Assembly: GCA_002104905.1 (NCBI GenBank)
Contig: MCFE01000352.1
Coordinates: forward strand, 24,318-88,317
DNA length: 64,000 nucleotides
Direction of reading: 5' to 3'
Source of the DNA: Basidiobolus meristosporus CBS 931.73
Taxonomy: Eukaryota > Fungi > Basidiobolomycota
Position numbers and translations under genes: made by a program. Positions within the stretch are counted from its first letter, which is position 1, and each line of letters starts with the position of its first letter. The notes under the pieces were generated by a model. The model saw only the letters and a program-made list of their open reading frames with translations. It ran no database searches and was not told where the DNA came from. Shown piece after piece: positions 49,801-62,297 of this stretch.

Positions 49801-50736
49801 GAAAACTCACCATCTTGCAAACTGCTTAGTAACTACCAAGATATTCTTTAAGAATTATTCTAGGTCAAGAATTGATAGACTAATGTGCGATTAGGCGCTG
49901 AATTAGATATTTACGATCTGCTCAAGGACAGAAAACTCCAAGATTTGTATACTATGATCCAAGTGACTAAATCACGTGAATATTTAGGTGTAGTTACGAA
50001 ATTTGTAACAGAAACTTGCGAGCTGTCCTTGATAGGATGCATATTTGCTTCCAAATAACAAATCGCAGAGGACATAGTATTCATCAGGAGCATATAGAAG
50101 CAAATTATTAGTTTATGCAACATATATGTATATAGCCCAGAGTATTCTCACCAAGCTTGTCAATAATCCAATACGTATGTTAGCTCAATGTAGTTATTCA
50201 ATGCAATTTTATTAGTATTGACGAAGTTTGATCATCAATCTTCAACTTAACAGGCCACATTGCACATCATTATCTCTGTAAATCACTTCATTCCACCAAC
50301 ACTCAACTCTAGTAACCCGAAGTCTCACTCCACCGGGAAGAAACTATACTGATCTTCTAGTATAAACAACCGATACAAAATATAACCTATCAATTAAGAC
50401 CAGTTTACAGCCTTTTAATATTCGACGGTGTTGGAGAGAGTACTCCGGAGAAAAATGGGGCATGTAGCCCAACGTTTTGGCTAAAACGAATTTCTTTATG
50501 TATGAGAAACCGCATAAATATTAGCGGCATTATAGTTGAGAACTAGTATTGGCGGTACGGGTAGGAATTTCCCAATATGGGAGTTGAGGGGCGTAACACA
50601 TACTCTGACACTAAGATCGAGATATGAAAATGCATGCACAAAATCGTTTGCATGATGAGTGTTAAGGATATGCCGTTTCAAATAACATGTGAAACTGCGT
50701 GTGGGAATTAAATTTGTATCTCTATACAGGTTGATT

Positions 50737-53700
50737 TTAGGCAGATCCCTTGTTTTTCTTGCCCTTAGGAACTCGGGCCAGCCAGTAGATGAAGACCGCT
50801 GCGAAAATATTGAAGATGATATACACCCACATGAGGCCAAAGTTGCGCCACGCATCTTTGTAGTAGCTAGACACTGAGGCAAGGAAGGTATCCGTCGAGG
50901 AAATGGTGCAGAAGGAGCAGCTATCAGTGGCATTGGGGTCCAACAGGTAGCCGCCAGCAAAGCTCGTGTAGGTGGACATGTATTGACCGCAAGTCATGTT
51001 ACTCGGGGGCTTGAAATGTAGGTACTCAACAGCTTCGCAGACGGCACGGGTGCCGGAGACACCTGTCGAGAGCATTGCTGAGACCAGATACGTGAACGGC
51101 GACACTCGGTACATGAAAATCCAGAATCCAGGTAGGGCATCAGGAGAGGCGAGGACACCGCAGAAGATCAAGCATAAAGAGAAGAGCAAGTTGGCGATAT
51201 TACCGCCAGTTTCGGCCAGCTCGATGCCTGCGATGATCATATGTGCGAAGGTAGAGGTGAAGAGAAGGAAGGTCAGGATAAGCAGGAACATAAGGGCTCC
51301 GCGCTCACTCACAGCATTAGTGGGCTCGGCATTGCGGTACAGGCCAATGGGGTAGTACCAACAGACAAAAATGAGGACAGCCATGAGAGTATTCCAGGGC
51401 AGCTCGACAATAATATTGGCGGACATAAATGCTTGCCAGGAGTAGGTCTTGGAAGGTCTTTCACGGACCTCGTACAGAGAGCGTTGAGTACAGAAGTGAG
51501 GCATAATTTGCTGAACAAGGTTACCGAAGATGGTCATAAGCATGAAAATACTGAACATCTGATTCTGAAGTCCTTGGAGACTGTTCTGTGCATGGAAGAA
51601 GGAAAATCCAATGAACAAGGCGGTAAGGACAGAAAGAGCTGCCTTGGAGTAGATATACACAGGGGTACGCCAATATTGCGCGAAAATTCTGACCAGGCAT
51701 TCATACAGTTGAGTAGAGAAAGGAGCAGCGAATTCCTTGAAACTGTCAGGATCAGAGGCAGAGTTATCAACAGCCTTTTGGGGCAGCGTTGATTTCAGTT
51801 CGGCTAAGTGGTCTAGCACTGCTTTGTGTTCAGGGCTATCACGCCAGACAGCAGGCCAATCAATATCACTATGAGACCCAGGAGCAGCACCAATAACATC
51901 CAACATCCACTCGGCGGGGTTCGCATCAGCGGAGAGTTTAGGAGCACCGTTTCTCTCGAAGTAGCTAGCAAGGACACAGGACTTGTCTCCAATCTCTCCA
52001 AAATAGACAGTTCTTCCACCCTTGGCGAGGAAAAGTAAGCGGTCGAACCGTTGGAACAACATGGCAGATGGCTGGTGAATGGTACAGAGAATAGCCTGAC
52101 CATGCTTGGTGAGAGTATCAATCAGATCAAGAATAGACCAAGAAGTCTGACTATCAAGACCAGAGGTAGGCTCATCCAGGAAGAGGAGTAGTTGAGGCTT
52201 GGCAGCAAGTTCAACACCGATCGTCAAACGTTTACGTTGTTCAACGTTGAGACCTTCACCAGGAACTCCTACTACAGCATCTGCATACGATTCCATTCCC
52301 AAAAGCTTGATAACCTCCTCAACGTAGTCAAGTTTCTCTTGGCGAGAAAAGTGCGCAGGCTGGCGAAGGATGGCACTGAATCGAAGAGCCTCTCTGACGG
52401 TGGTAGTATAGAGATGAAGATCTTGTTGCTGCACATAACCGGTTTTTCGCTGGAAGGACTGATCGCGGAGCTTGCCATCTACCAACATCTCACCAGTTAC
52501 AACACCCATTGTAACACGTGTGGCCAAGACATCGAGGAGTGTTGTTTTACCAGCACCGGAGACACCCTGTAGAAGTTAGTAAAATATTCGAATATGATTG
52601 AAGATAAAGGAGCTCACCATAAGAGCGGTGCAGGTACCGGGCTTGACCCAACCATCAACATGGTCTAGAATGCGGCGGGGCTCATTCTTGATTTTAATAT
52701 CGTAACACACATCCTGCCAATGGAAGATTGCAGTTTGTTTCTGGATACCAGTCGAGTTTTCACCGCTATTGGGATTGCTTGGCTTCTCAACAGAAGCTTG
52801 ATGTGTGTTGGCTTCAATGTCATCAGCATCCTTCACAGCAGGCTGGTGGCCACGACGGAAGAGCAAGACTTCACCCTTGGATTTCGCCTCGGAGATGTAT
52901 TCTGAAGCAAGTAGATAGGTGCACATGAAGAACACCATAAAAGCGAACATGATGCCCAAGTTTCTCCATTTGTGGCTGTTGTAGTAACGGAAACTTTGCT
53001 CCAAATAATCGGTACCCATAACCAGATTGGAGCCGGCAACAGCGCCAACTGTAGAGCAGACCTTATTTTCAGGTAAGACACTATCGTAATTACCTCCCGA
53101 AGGAATGAAAACGGAGCACGGGAACGTCCGACCATGGAACTCGTTGACCATGAAGCTCTCGAAAGCATACGCAATAGGGTCGATATAGTTCATCCAGCGC
53201 GACCAGCCAAGCATGTTGCGGGTTGGGATAGTGAAGCCAGTGTATATGATCAGTCCCAAGATAAGGATTGCTGCTGGTACCAAAGCCTGAGACAGGGTGC
53301 GAGAGGTGGCAGCGATCGTACGGAAGATCATGGACATGGTCAATGTAGTCACAATGGAAAACAGCAAGAACACGAAGAATGCGCCTGGTTCACGTCGAAG
53401 GTTGGTCATGAAGTAAAGTGTGATGTTGAATATGATGGCATTAAGCAGCTTATACGGCATATCACAGATCATGGACGCGATGGCTTCAGCAAACGGATGA
53501 TAAAGAGCGTAGCGTGTATGTTTTTCAACGATAGGACGTTGTGCGTACAGGGTCAATATCTCGAGGGCACTGGCAAATGCGTTAAGAAGTACCGCGAAGA
53601 AAAGTAAGGCACCACGGGGATAGAAACTAGAAGTGTCGTTAGGCAAATTATAGAAAACACTTCCAATAATCAGCGCCATAATGAAGTTGCCGATCAACTG

Positions 53701-55367
53701 TGAGAGAGTTAAGCTGGCATCGCCTCTCAGACGCTGGAATCCACGTGTAACACAGAGTTTGATTTGATCCCCGACAGAAATGGTGTAAGGCGACTTGACT
53801 CGCTGGCTCTTTGCCTGCATCGCCTTACGTGATTCGATGAACTTTCCAACAGATTCCCCACCGATCGGATACGCTTGCTCGTATTCCTCGATTTCCCTCA
53901 TCAACTTGGCGTAAGCTTTACTCTTTTTCCAGGCAGCGGCAAACTCATCAGGTGTGTTGGGGACTTGACCCTCGAATCCGGGCTTGATGATACGCTCCGA
54001 GGGACTGGTAAGCGAGGTCAGGAAATCGGCAGTCGTCTGACGTTCGGGGCACTCGAATCCCATGGTTGTGAAGAATTCCCTGGCTTCATCGGTACGCCCA
54101 AAATAGATCTGACGCCCTTCGTATAAGACTGTGACTTTATCGAAGACGTCGTAGGCACTCTGTGAGGCCTGGTAGATGGCCACAGCGACTGTGGCGCCTG
54201 CATACTTAGACATCAAGCTCAACGTCTTACAAAACTCCAAGGCATTGGCACTATCCAAACCTCTGGTACTGTTATCCCAGCACTGGATGGGGCTACCACT
54301 CAGAGTGGCCTCGGCAATACTGACACGCTTCCGCTCACCACCACTGACACCACGGACAAAATCGTTACCGACTCTGGTATTGATGGTGTGTGAAAGACCC
54401 AGCATGGCCATGACGACGTCTCTCATGTGCTCTGCATACTGTTGCCTAGTGACGCCAGGAAGTCGATTACGAGGGGCTCGGGCAAGAGCCGCAAATGTGA
54501 GAGTATCTCCAACGGTTAATTGAGGAAAATGGACATCGGTCTCTGCTGTGTAGATAGCTTCACCACGAAATTGGCCTTGCATCTGCTTGACAGAGATACC
54601 TGGGTTCTATTAGTCACGAGTGGCTTCAAGTTGCTCACAAATTAGTTCTACCTTGATAGTTCAAGTGGGATTTCTCATCCAGGTGAATACCGTTCATCTC
54701 ACCGGCAATGGTCTTAAGGAAGGTTGAGCAACCACTGTGAAGAGTTAGTATTGTCAGACTCAGAATATAGACCATTGGTTACATACCTGCCAGGTCGACC
54801 GAGGACAACGAGCATCTCTCCGCTCTTGACGAGGCCGTCAAAGTTACGAAGAATCTGAATCTTCTGCTTGCCAGTGCCAGTAATTGAACGGAAAATACTG
54901 CCGATCTCAAGAACAGTATTGGCGACATCCTTCTGGTAGTCCGTGGGACTGCCATAGCCATGAATGCTGAGATTCTTGAAGGATACGCCTGCAGTTCGTT
55001 TTGGATATCTTTCTGGGTCCCGTGACTGAACAGACAGCAAGTTCTTCATCCAATTTTTGGGCTTGAAGTTAGGATCGTTGGGGTTCAATGTAGAATCATC
55101 ATTTGGTCCGATGAATGGATTTTCGACTTGATTGTCGATAGAATATCTGGTTGACTGGCGAGTCAAGTGGCGTGCAAGACGAGTAACCTCCTCTAGAATG
55201 ATCGCTTCGTTGCCTACTTTTTCTGAATTCCCAAAGACGGTATCGGCGGTGCTCGCATTGGAACCCACTTCATCTGCGAGTTGTTGTAATCCGCCACCTT
55301 CCACAGGCTCGTGGGGATTGCGTTGCTCTACGCTCAAATTAGGATTAATCGTCCCTAACAGAGACAT
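50737..55367 (-). CDS. cdr1B: Full-size PDR/ABCG multidrug transporter, Aspergillus Cdr1B/AbcG1-like (introns 54735-54786, 54600-54651, 52567-52617)
   Basis: NBD1-TMD1-NBD2-TMD2. VLGRPG|[33 protein letters not shown]|[40 protein letters not shown]-terminus [46 protein letters not shown] matches my recollection of A. fumigatus Cdr1B. The symbol means 'like'; orthology is untested. Confidence 0.9.
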
Positions 55368-56317
55368 TGTGAAGAAGAAAAAACGTTAAATTGTAGAGTG
55401 GATGAAGTACGATGCTCTCCAGGTATATCTATATATAATATATTCATCAGATCCCACTAAATGACGAAAGGCGATATCAGGGGAACGGAGAAACTAATAA
55501 TCTAATGAATGAACCAGATGGAATAATTGGGTTATGTAGATAACAAGTTGGGTCATGATACGGCGAATCGGATTGGCTGAAGTAGGAAAAAAGGGTTTTC
55601 TGTTGCGGGGGAAAACTGGAAAAATGGATTATTATAGCGGATTTCGACCGGAATTGCTTCAAATGAATCTAAATATTTGTTAAGTTACACGCGCTTTCCA
55701 CACCCGAAATGAATACCATCATTGCTTCCGAGTGCTGCCAAGAGTTCATCAAGTGCTACAGATAGTCAATTCCTAGAGTCTGATGGAAGAGAACAATGCC
55801 ATGTGGAGGGTGATGGGTGATGGGCGATGGGCGATGCGTTGTTGGTAGGTGATCAGTAATTGCCATATTGGTGTCATATCCGCAATTTTATCCCGGGTCA
55901 CGTACGACTTATTTTCCGATTATCCTTACTGCCAGCATGTGATATTCATTCGCTAAAGGAAACATCGTAGATAATGATGGGATGTCTTAAACAACACAGG
56001 TGCGTAGTTTAGCTGAAAGACCTGTTTCGTTCTCTATGTAAGCGGTGTACTATACTTTAGCTCTACAACTGACAGAGGAGGTGTGTAGAACAGACTAAAT
56101 TAGCATAGCAAATAAGATTCTCGTAATGATTACACAAATCACTCTTTATTTTTGATCGGAAACTATTTTAGTAATTCAGATCATTATAAGAGTAAAGTTT
56201 AAAGCTATTCATATTGGCCCAGGAATGGCTAAACTTTGTGTAAACATTCCAACTGTGCGGTTTATAGATAGTGTATATATTTTTGTGGTAAAAGAAATAG
56301 CCATAAGGAGTCTTGGA

Positions 56318-56335
56318 ATATATATATATATATAT
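56318..56335. repeat. (AT)9 microsatellite
   Basis: atatatatatatatatat. Confidence 0.8.
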
Positions 56336-57308
56336 GCCTCTAGGTGATCAAATGCGAGCCACATTGAATTAACCTTTTGTCAATTACTCTACCAATCTGG
56401 CTTAAAATCACCCAAGAGGGATATCTTTTGATTAAGACTATTGCGTGTTTCATTGACGGTTGAGGGGGCGTTTGTATTCGTATCAGTATTTGATATAGAA
56501 AAGATAATATATGTAGCATGAAAGTATGTGAAATACAACGTCTGAGAAGGCGAGGTGTATTCTGATGCCAGCATTGATCACTGGTTGATCGTTTTGCATG
56601 CCAAACGAATTTCCCTATATCAAATTTGATTAACCATCCCACGACACTGCCTAGAAGTATATCGAGTAGTTATGACGAATGTTCAGGCAGTAGATACTCA
56701 GGTAGACTAATGTTATTGTAGCCTCCAGTTTAATTTCAAAACCCTGAATCTCCAAGGCTGCAACAAGTCTTGGTTCATGGTGCATGATTAGCTAACCGAG
56801 GGAAGAGAAAATCTCATTCATCAATGGATTATTTGTTGTACTATGGCGTTGCAGCATACTACAATGGAAAGTATACATTCTTACCAAAACATTCTATACA
56901 AGGGTACGCATATGAAAAATGTGGGGGAATAAGGTCTTGTTCATTCAATCAAATAGGTGGGTACTTGAGGTAGCTCCAGCTGTCCATTTTAAGTTACGCC
57001 TCCTTGATTCTGATATCTAACCTTCAGATGTAACATCGAAAACTGAGACATAGTCGGGGAGGAGAAGGAGAGCAGGTATATATGCGGAGTACCCCAGACT
57101 TTACAAATCAATTTGGTAAAATTTCAAAATGCTACTAAGAGGCTCCCTCAGGTAACTGAAGAAAATGATCCACGCTTTCTATTTAACTATGGTCAATTCA
57201 TACTCAATACTTCAATACCTGCTAACCATTTTAGGGACAACAGCAAGCCAGCCCAAGAACAAAAGTTTTGTAGATCTTATTAAGGCAATGGAGTAAAGCG
57301 GGATTTGC

Positions 57309-57904
57309 TGTTGTAAGAGTCTAGGAGATATTGGAAGTGATTTGGAGAACAAGTATATTATGTGGTTTTCACTTGATGATTTATTAAATGTAGAAGTAGT
57401 ATTTATACTTTCACATGGTCTTGACATAATGAGCACGTAGAGTAGGTTTAGGAAAGTCCCAAGAGCATGTATGCAGAGTTTGGGGCTCTTTGGATAACTT
57501 ATCAAATTTTCATGTTCTAGGTACCTGATGTTTTGGTGAAAATATTGTAAGTCCCAACAAGGAATTTGGTTAGTATTCTCTAAGATCTGTAAGTGACAAT
57601 CTAAGTGACTAAGTTAGGTGAATATTCAGGTGGAATTTGAATTTTACAACACTCCCACTAAACTAAATGCTCATACCAACCAGTCCTAATCTTGACTTAA
57701 GATATTCAAATTTGTCTCTAAGTAATGGATTGGTAAATGTCTGCAAAGAGTTCATCTGTAGGACAGTAAACTAAGTTAACTAAGTTATTCTATATAGCTT
57801 CACACATGTAATGAAGTCTAAGTTATATATATGCTTAGTTCTGGCATGAAAAGTTGGATTTCCACCTAATTGTATACATTCTTGATTTTCTTGAAGTAAA
57901 GTAG
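57309..57904 (-). mobile_element. Copia 3' end remnant (RNase H end, PPT, 3' LTR 57309-57651)
   Basis: Minus strand LVYCPTDELFADI, then tttagtgggag PPT, then TGTTGTAA...TTACAACA LTR. Cut at 57905 by an oppositely oriented copy. Confidence 0.82.
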
Positions 57905-59141
57905 TGTTGTAAAAATTTGTAATTCCACCTAAATATTCACCTAACTTAGTCACTTAGATCATCACCTTCAAATCCTAGAGAATACTGACCAAATTCCTTG
58001 TCGGGATTTACTTAGAATATTTTCACCAAAATACCAGGTACCCAGAGCATGAAAATATGATAAGTTGTCCAAACAGCCCCAAACTTTGCACACATGTTCT
58101 TGGGACCTTCCTTAACCTATTCTACGTGTTTGTAATGCCAAGACCAGGTAAGAGTATAAATACTACTTTTACATTCAATAAATCATTAAGTGAAAACCAC
58201 ATAATCTACTTGTTCTCCCAATCACTTCCAATATCTCCAAGACTCTTACAACAGGTTATGAGCCCCAAGCTGTCACTCTCTGCAATGTCTACTACTGCCA
58301 TTACTGGAGTTTTTCCCTCTGCCAAAAAGTTGGATGGATCTAACTACCAAGTGTGGAAGGTGAAGATGAAGATGCTACTACAAGAAAGAGGCCTTTGGGA
58401 TATTCTCATGGGAGAAGAATGCCCTCCTAAAAATGTGGGAGTGGAAGCCTTAAAGTACCAGCAGAAAGAACAAAGTGCCTTTAACTGCATTTGCCTTAAT
58501 GTTAAGGACAAATTGCTAATTCAATGCTCAAGAGCAAAAACAGCAAAGAATGCCTGGAAAGCATTAGAAGACACCTACCAGTCATGTTCAGCTGCCAAGA
58601 AGATGTATCTGAGACAAAAATTCTTTACTACAAAGATGCTGCCAGGAGAAGAAATGAAAAATCTAATTAACAGAATTACCCTGCTGGTAGATGAGATGGA
58701 ATCTGTGGGCGTACCAACTACTGATGAGTATGTGATAGTTACCATCCTGAATAGCCTGACAGACAAGTCTCAGGGCCTTGTATCAGCCCTAGAGTCCAGA
58801 ACTGAAGATTGACCTTAAATTACGTATATGGAAGGCTCCTGGATGAAGAATTAAGAAAATCAAGCACCAATAAGAAGGAAGAAGAAAATGCTTTAATAAG
58901 CAATGATAACCAACAAAGGAGGTACCCAAGACCAAACAAAGGCAACAGCAACCTATTTTGCAACTACTGCAAAAGCAAAGGACACACATCAGACCGGTGT
59001 CTCAAAAAGAAAGATAATCAGCAAAAGAAGCCTGAATATGGAAATGCTGCAACAACTGAAGATAGACTATTCATATCTGCACTAAATATGACCACAAACA
59101 AGGATTCTCAGACGTGGTATATTGACTCTGGAGCATCTCAA
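57905..59141 (+). mobile_element. Copia element B: 5' LTR (57905-58253), PBS, gag and start of protease, truncated
   Basis: TGTTG...CAACA then GGTTATGAGCCC. Gag from ATG 58285 (KLDGSNYQVWKVKMKMLL, AKNAWKALE, CNYCKSKGHTSDRC) and WYIDSGASQH. 1-nt deletion at ~58810. Homology to copy C stops at ~59141-59145. Confidence 0.93.
58254..58265 (+). promoter_or_regulatory. Primer-binding site complementary to the anticodon stem-loop of initiator tRNA-Met
   Basis: GGTTATGAGCCC immediately after the LTR; its reverse complement GGGCTCATAACC contains the CAT anticodon loop of fungal tRNAi-Met. Confidence 0.85.
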
Positions 59142-60198
59142 CACTAGACTTGTTCCATTGTACCGTGCCAGGGTGCGCGGTGCAATCCGTGGTTATAAAG
59201 AACAATTGAGTGCAATATTATAGCTACCAGAAGGCAGGATCATTCTTGGACAATTTCACACCATGCGGGATGATCTTGCACACTATGGCACAATCTGACA
59301 CGATGAGGTTAGCACGGATGATTGTGCCAACTTGGAATGTTTGCATCATGTGCGCAATCGGATACCGCTATTATGGCAGGTAAAATCTGGTATTTGGATA
59401 TGTTTCTTTAAAGTAAATGGAAATAAATGTGTATCACACTATAAACTACACTGATACTTACCATTTTGGTACCCTCACTCCAATTGGACGGTATCTCAGT
59501 GGTTAATTGGTCCAAAAGTATCCTGAAGCTGGCAGCCCCCAATTGGCTCATTGACAACTGAAAAAGCTACCTGATTTGCCATCAAATATCCCATTTTGCC
59601 CATTGAGCAAGTAAATCCCTGATCCTAGTGATTGGACAAGGTGTCATAGCTAGCACGCAAGCAATTGTGTAGGTGCAAAACAGATCCAATAGCTGCACTG
59701 GTATTACAGATGACGTATATATATGCAGGGTGTTTATTTATAGGGGTTCTGTCTCAAATGTGAGACAACCTTGATATTACTTATATCAAAAATTTGATGA
59801 TCACTGATTTGCAATGGCTCAATTTGGATCGCAAAAAAAAGGGCTGTTGGGATCATTACAAATGTGAGCAATTCAAAGCGATCGCATCATCTTCTCCTGG
59901 GTTTTTTTCTCACAGGGATTACTACTGAAGCATTTGGTAGTGGCTCACTTTGCACACCTATACTACTTCCTGGCTGATTATCATCTTGGCTACTTGTGTA
60001 TTTGTACTCAGTATGTTGCCTCCTAGTTGATGAGTGCAATGCTGCAGGTTGACCCCACTGAATTGTTCCAACTGAACCAACTGCACAGGCCTGTAGTGCC
60101 ATGCGCTGACGCGTTCTTTTACTTGCTAAGGGCTCCGGTGGTTGAGGCACTTCATGTTGGTCATCATCAGTCAGTTCACCAGAAGTAACTTGCTGATG
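59142..60198. mobile_element. Putative CACTA-type element end inserted into Copia B
   Basis: Sequence switches from Copia protease to CACTAGACTTGTTCCATTG... The opposite terminus is not seen. Confidence 0.35.
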
Positions 60199-62297
60199 TG
60201 TTGTGTTGTATTATGATTAGTTTGGGGCTTGTTCTACAATGTAGAGGCTAATCAACAATATACAACAACTTCCAGTATGCTAATACTGAAATAGTTTATT
60301 GGGAGTTTGATATACCGATAGAAGATATAACTTTCACTAGTTTCCTCAATCTTGGGCTCAAAATATACTGTAGGCAGTGTTTATCACTTCTACAGCAGTG
60401 TTCTGACCTTCTGTTGACTAATGGGCTTATTTACTTTTATAGTAACTTTTCCTTATTTGGAAGTCACTTTTCTTTCTGAGAAAATATTTCCTAATATGGA
60501 AATTCTGAACTCCCCTTTAACCTAAAGGGGTGTGTTGTAGAAGTCTCTAAAGGGGTCTTTAGACCTAAAGGGGTGTCTAAAGGGGTGTCTTTAGAGTAAA
60601 GGGGCTTCTTGCAGTGGTCTCTAAAGTGGACTTTACACTAAAGGGGTGCCTAAAGGGGCTTTTTTAGAGTAAAGGGGTTTCTTAAAGGGGTCTCTAAAGG
60701 GGTCTTTAGACTAAAGGGGTGTCTAAAGGGGTGTCTTTAGAGTAAAGGGGCTTCTTAGAGGGGACTTTTCCGACAGAAAAGTGGTAGTTTCTTGTAGAAC
60801 TTAGATTGGATTCTTGTGAGCTTTGCAGTCTCTTTACTGATGTAGTACTGATCAAAGTCAGAATACTCAACAGTGCAAGTGATGCAGGGGAAGTCTTATA
60901 ACCTTTAAACTTGTAATTGTAGTGTGGAGATTCTGGAAAGAGAGGCTCTCCCTTTATTTTTCAGCTGGGGAAGTCATATATATGAAAATTTTGAAGGATC
61001 AAAGTTTTTGGGTGATTGCGCAAGCAATACACGTGATACGAAGCTAAAATTTTGCAGTGGCGCAGATCGGACATAGGCGCAGCACCTGTGAAAATTTCAC
61101 GTGATTTGATTGGCTGGTTCAAAAGTTACACGCGATCAAAGTCACCATAGTAATCCTAGCAATAAGGCATAGTATATATAATAGTTGGACTCTTTTGGTC
61201 ATAACTCCTTAAGTACTGCTTCAAATGAGCTGTAATTTGAAACATGTGTTGGCTACTACGTGTTCTGTATGACATAATATTCTTGGGTGGATTGCTTGTC
61301 AGGGTCTGGAGCATTTGCTCTTCAAAGTTGGAAATTCTTGATCTTTCTCTTATGTGTTACAATAGCAAAAAGCAAAATAAAGAAATGAGTGCAATATTGG
61401 TTTAGAGATATTGTGGTAATGGAATACTTTCCATTACCACAAGTCTCCCCTAACTTTGAGAAATAATGCCCTCATTATTACTTCTGATATGGAACTTCTT
61501 CAATCTGTTACCAGGTTGTGTCAGTGCAAGTGGTGTACCGTCAAGTTCTGCTAGTTTGTAAGATCCATTTTTGTTTGCATGTATGATCTTGTAGGGACCT
61601 TGCCATTGCATATCCAGCTTGGATGCCTTGTTTCTTTGGCTTTTTGTGTTGTGAAGTAGTATCAACTCACCTACTTCTAACAATGTTTTTCTTAGGCATT
61701 TTTGAGCGTCAAAGTACTCCTTGCCAGCCATTCTGGATTTCTTCAGGTTTTCTATTGCATTCTGTTGCAGAGTGTGTGCTTGTTGAATCTGTTGTACTCT
61801 TGCTAGCAATAGCTCTGATGTTGTCATTGTTGGTTTCCATGGGAGGGTAAGCCAATTCTCAAAAGATATGTCTATTGGCAAAACAGCTTCATGTCCATAT
61901 ATTAAAAAAAATGGTGTATACCCTGTACTTCTTTTAACTGTGACTCTATCAGAACAAATTGCTGCATGAAAGTTATTTGCCCATTTGTTGGGTTCTTCAT
62001 AGCTAAGCTTTGCTAATGTGTTTGCAAAAGCAGAATGTCCACGTTCAACTGGTGAGTTTGCTTGTGGGTGATATGGCGTAGTATGTATAAGCTTGGTTCC
62101 ATGCTTTGTCGCTAGTGCTTGTATTTCATAAGATCCACATTCTCCATTGTCTGCAATAAGGGTGCCAGCTGAACCATGTCTGAGATATACATCTTCTTTG
62201 AGAAATCTTGCTACTGCTTTTGCATTGGCTTGTTTTAGCATTCTAGCCTCTATCCAACCAGTAAAGTTATCACAACAGTCCACCACATACTTATACC
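60199..62297 (-). mobile_element. Gypsy element 3' part: integrase C-terminal portion, PPT, 3' LTR (60199-61441)
   Basis: Integrase D(CDNFTGW)..IADNG..YHPQANSPVERGH core; TGYTPFFLIYG; WQGPYKI (GPY/F) tail. Stop TAG runs into AGGGGAGACT PPT, then TGTGGTAATGG LTR. Confidence 0.92.
61450..62297 (-). pseudogene. Gypsy integrase, 5'-truncated by Copia insertion
   Basis: The first residues of the listed ORF (MENTNFYN) come from the Copia LTR. Integrase homology begins at RYKYVVDCCDNFTGWIEAR. Confidence 0.88.

Noticed and set aside
55368-56100. AtrR-type CGG-N12-CCG element upstream of the Cdr1B-like gene
   Set aside because: By eye only CGG-N7-CCG (55638) and other spacings were found; no support for a co-transferred regulatory site.
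58057-58284. N-terminal extension of the gag ORF, and small ORFs at 5200-5394, 10397-10663 and 57212-57505
   Set aside because: These are translations of LTR sequence; gag starts at ATG 58285 after the PBS.
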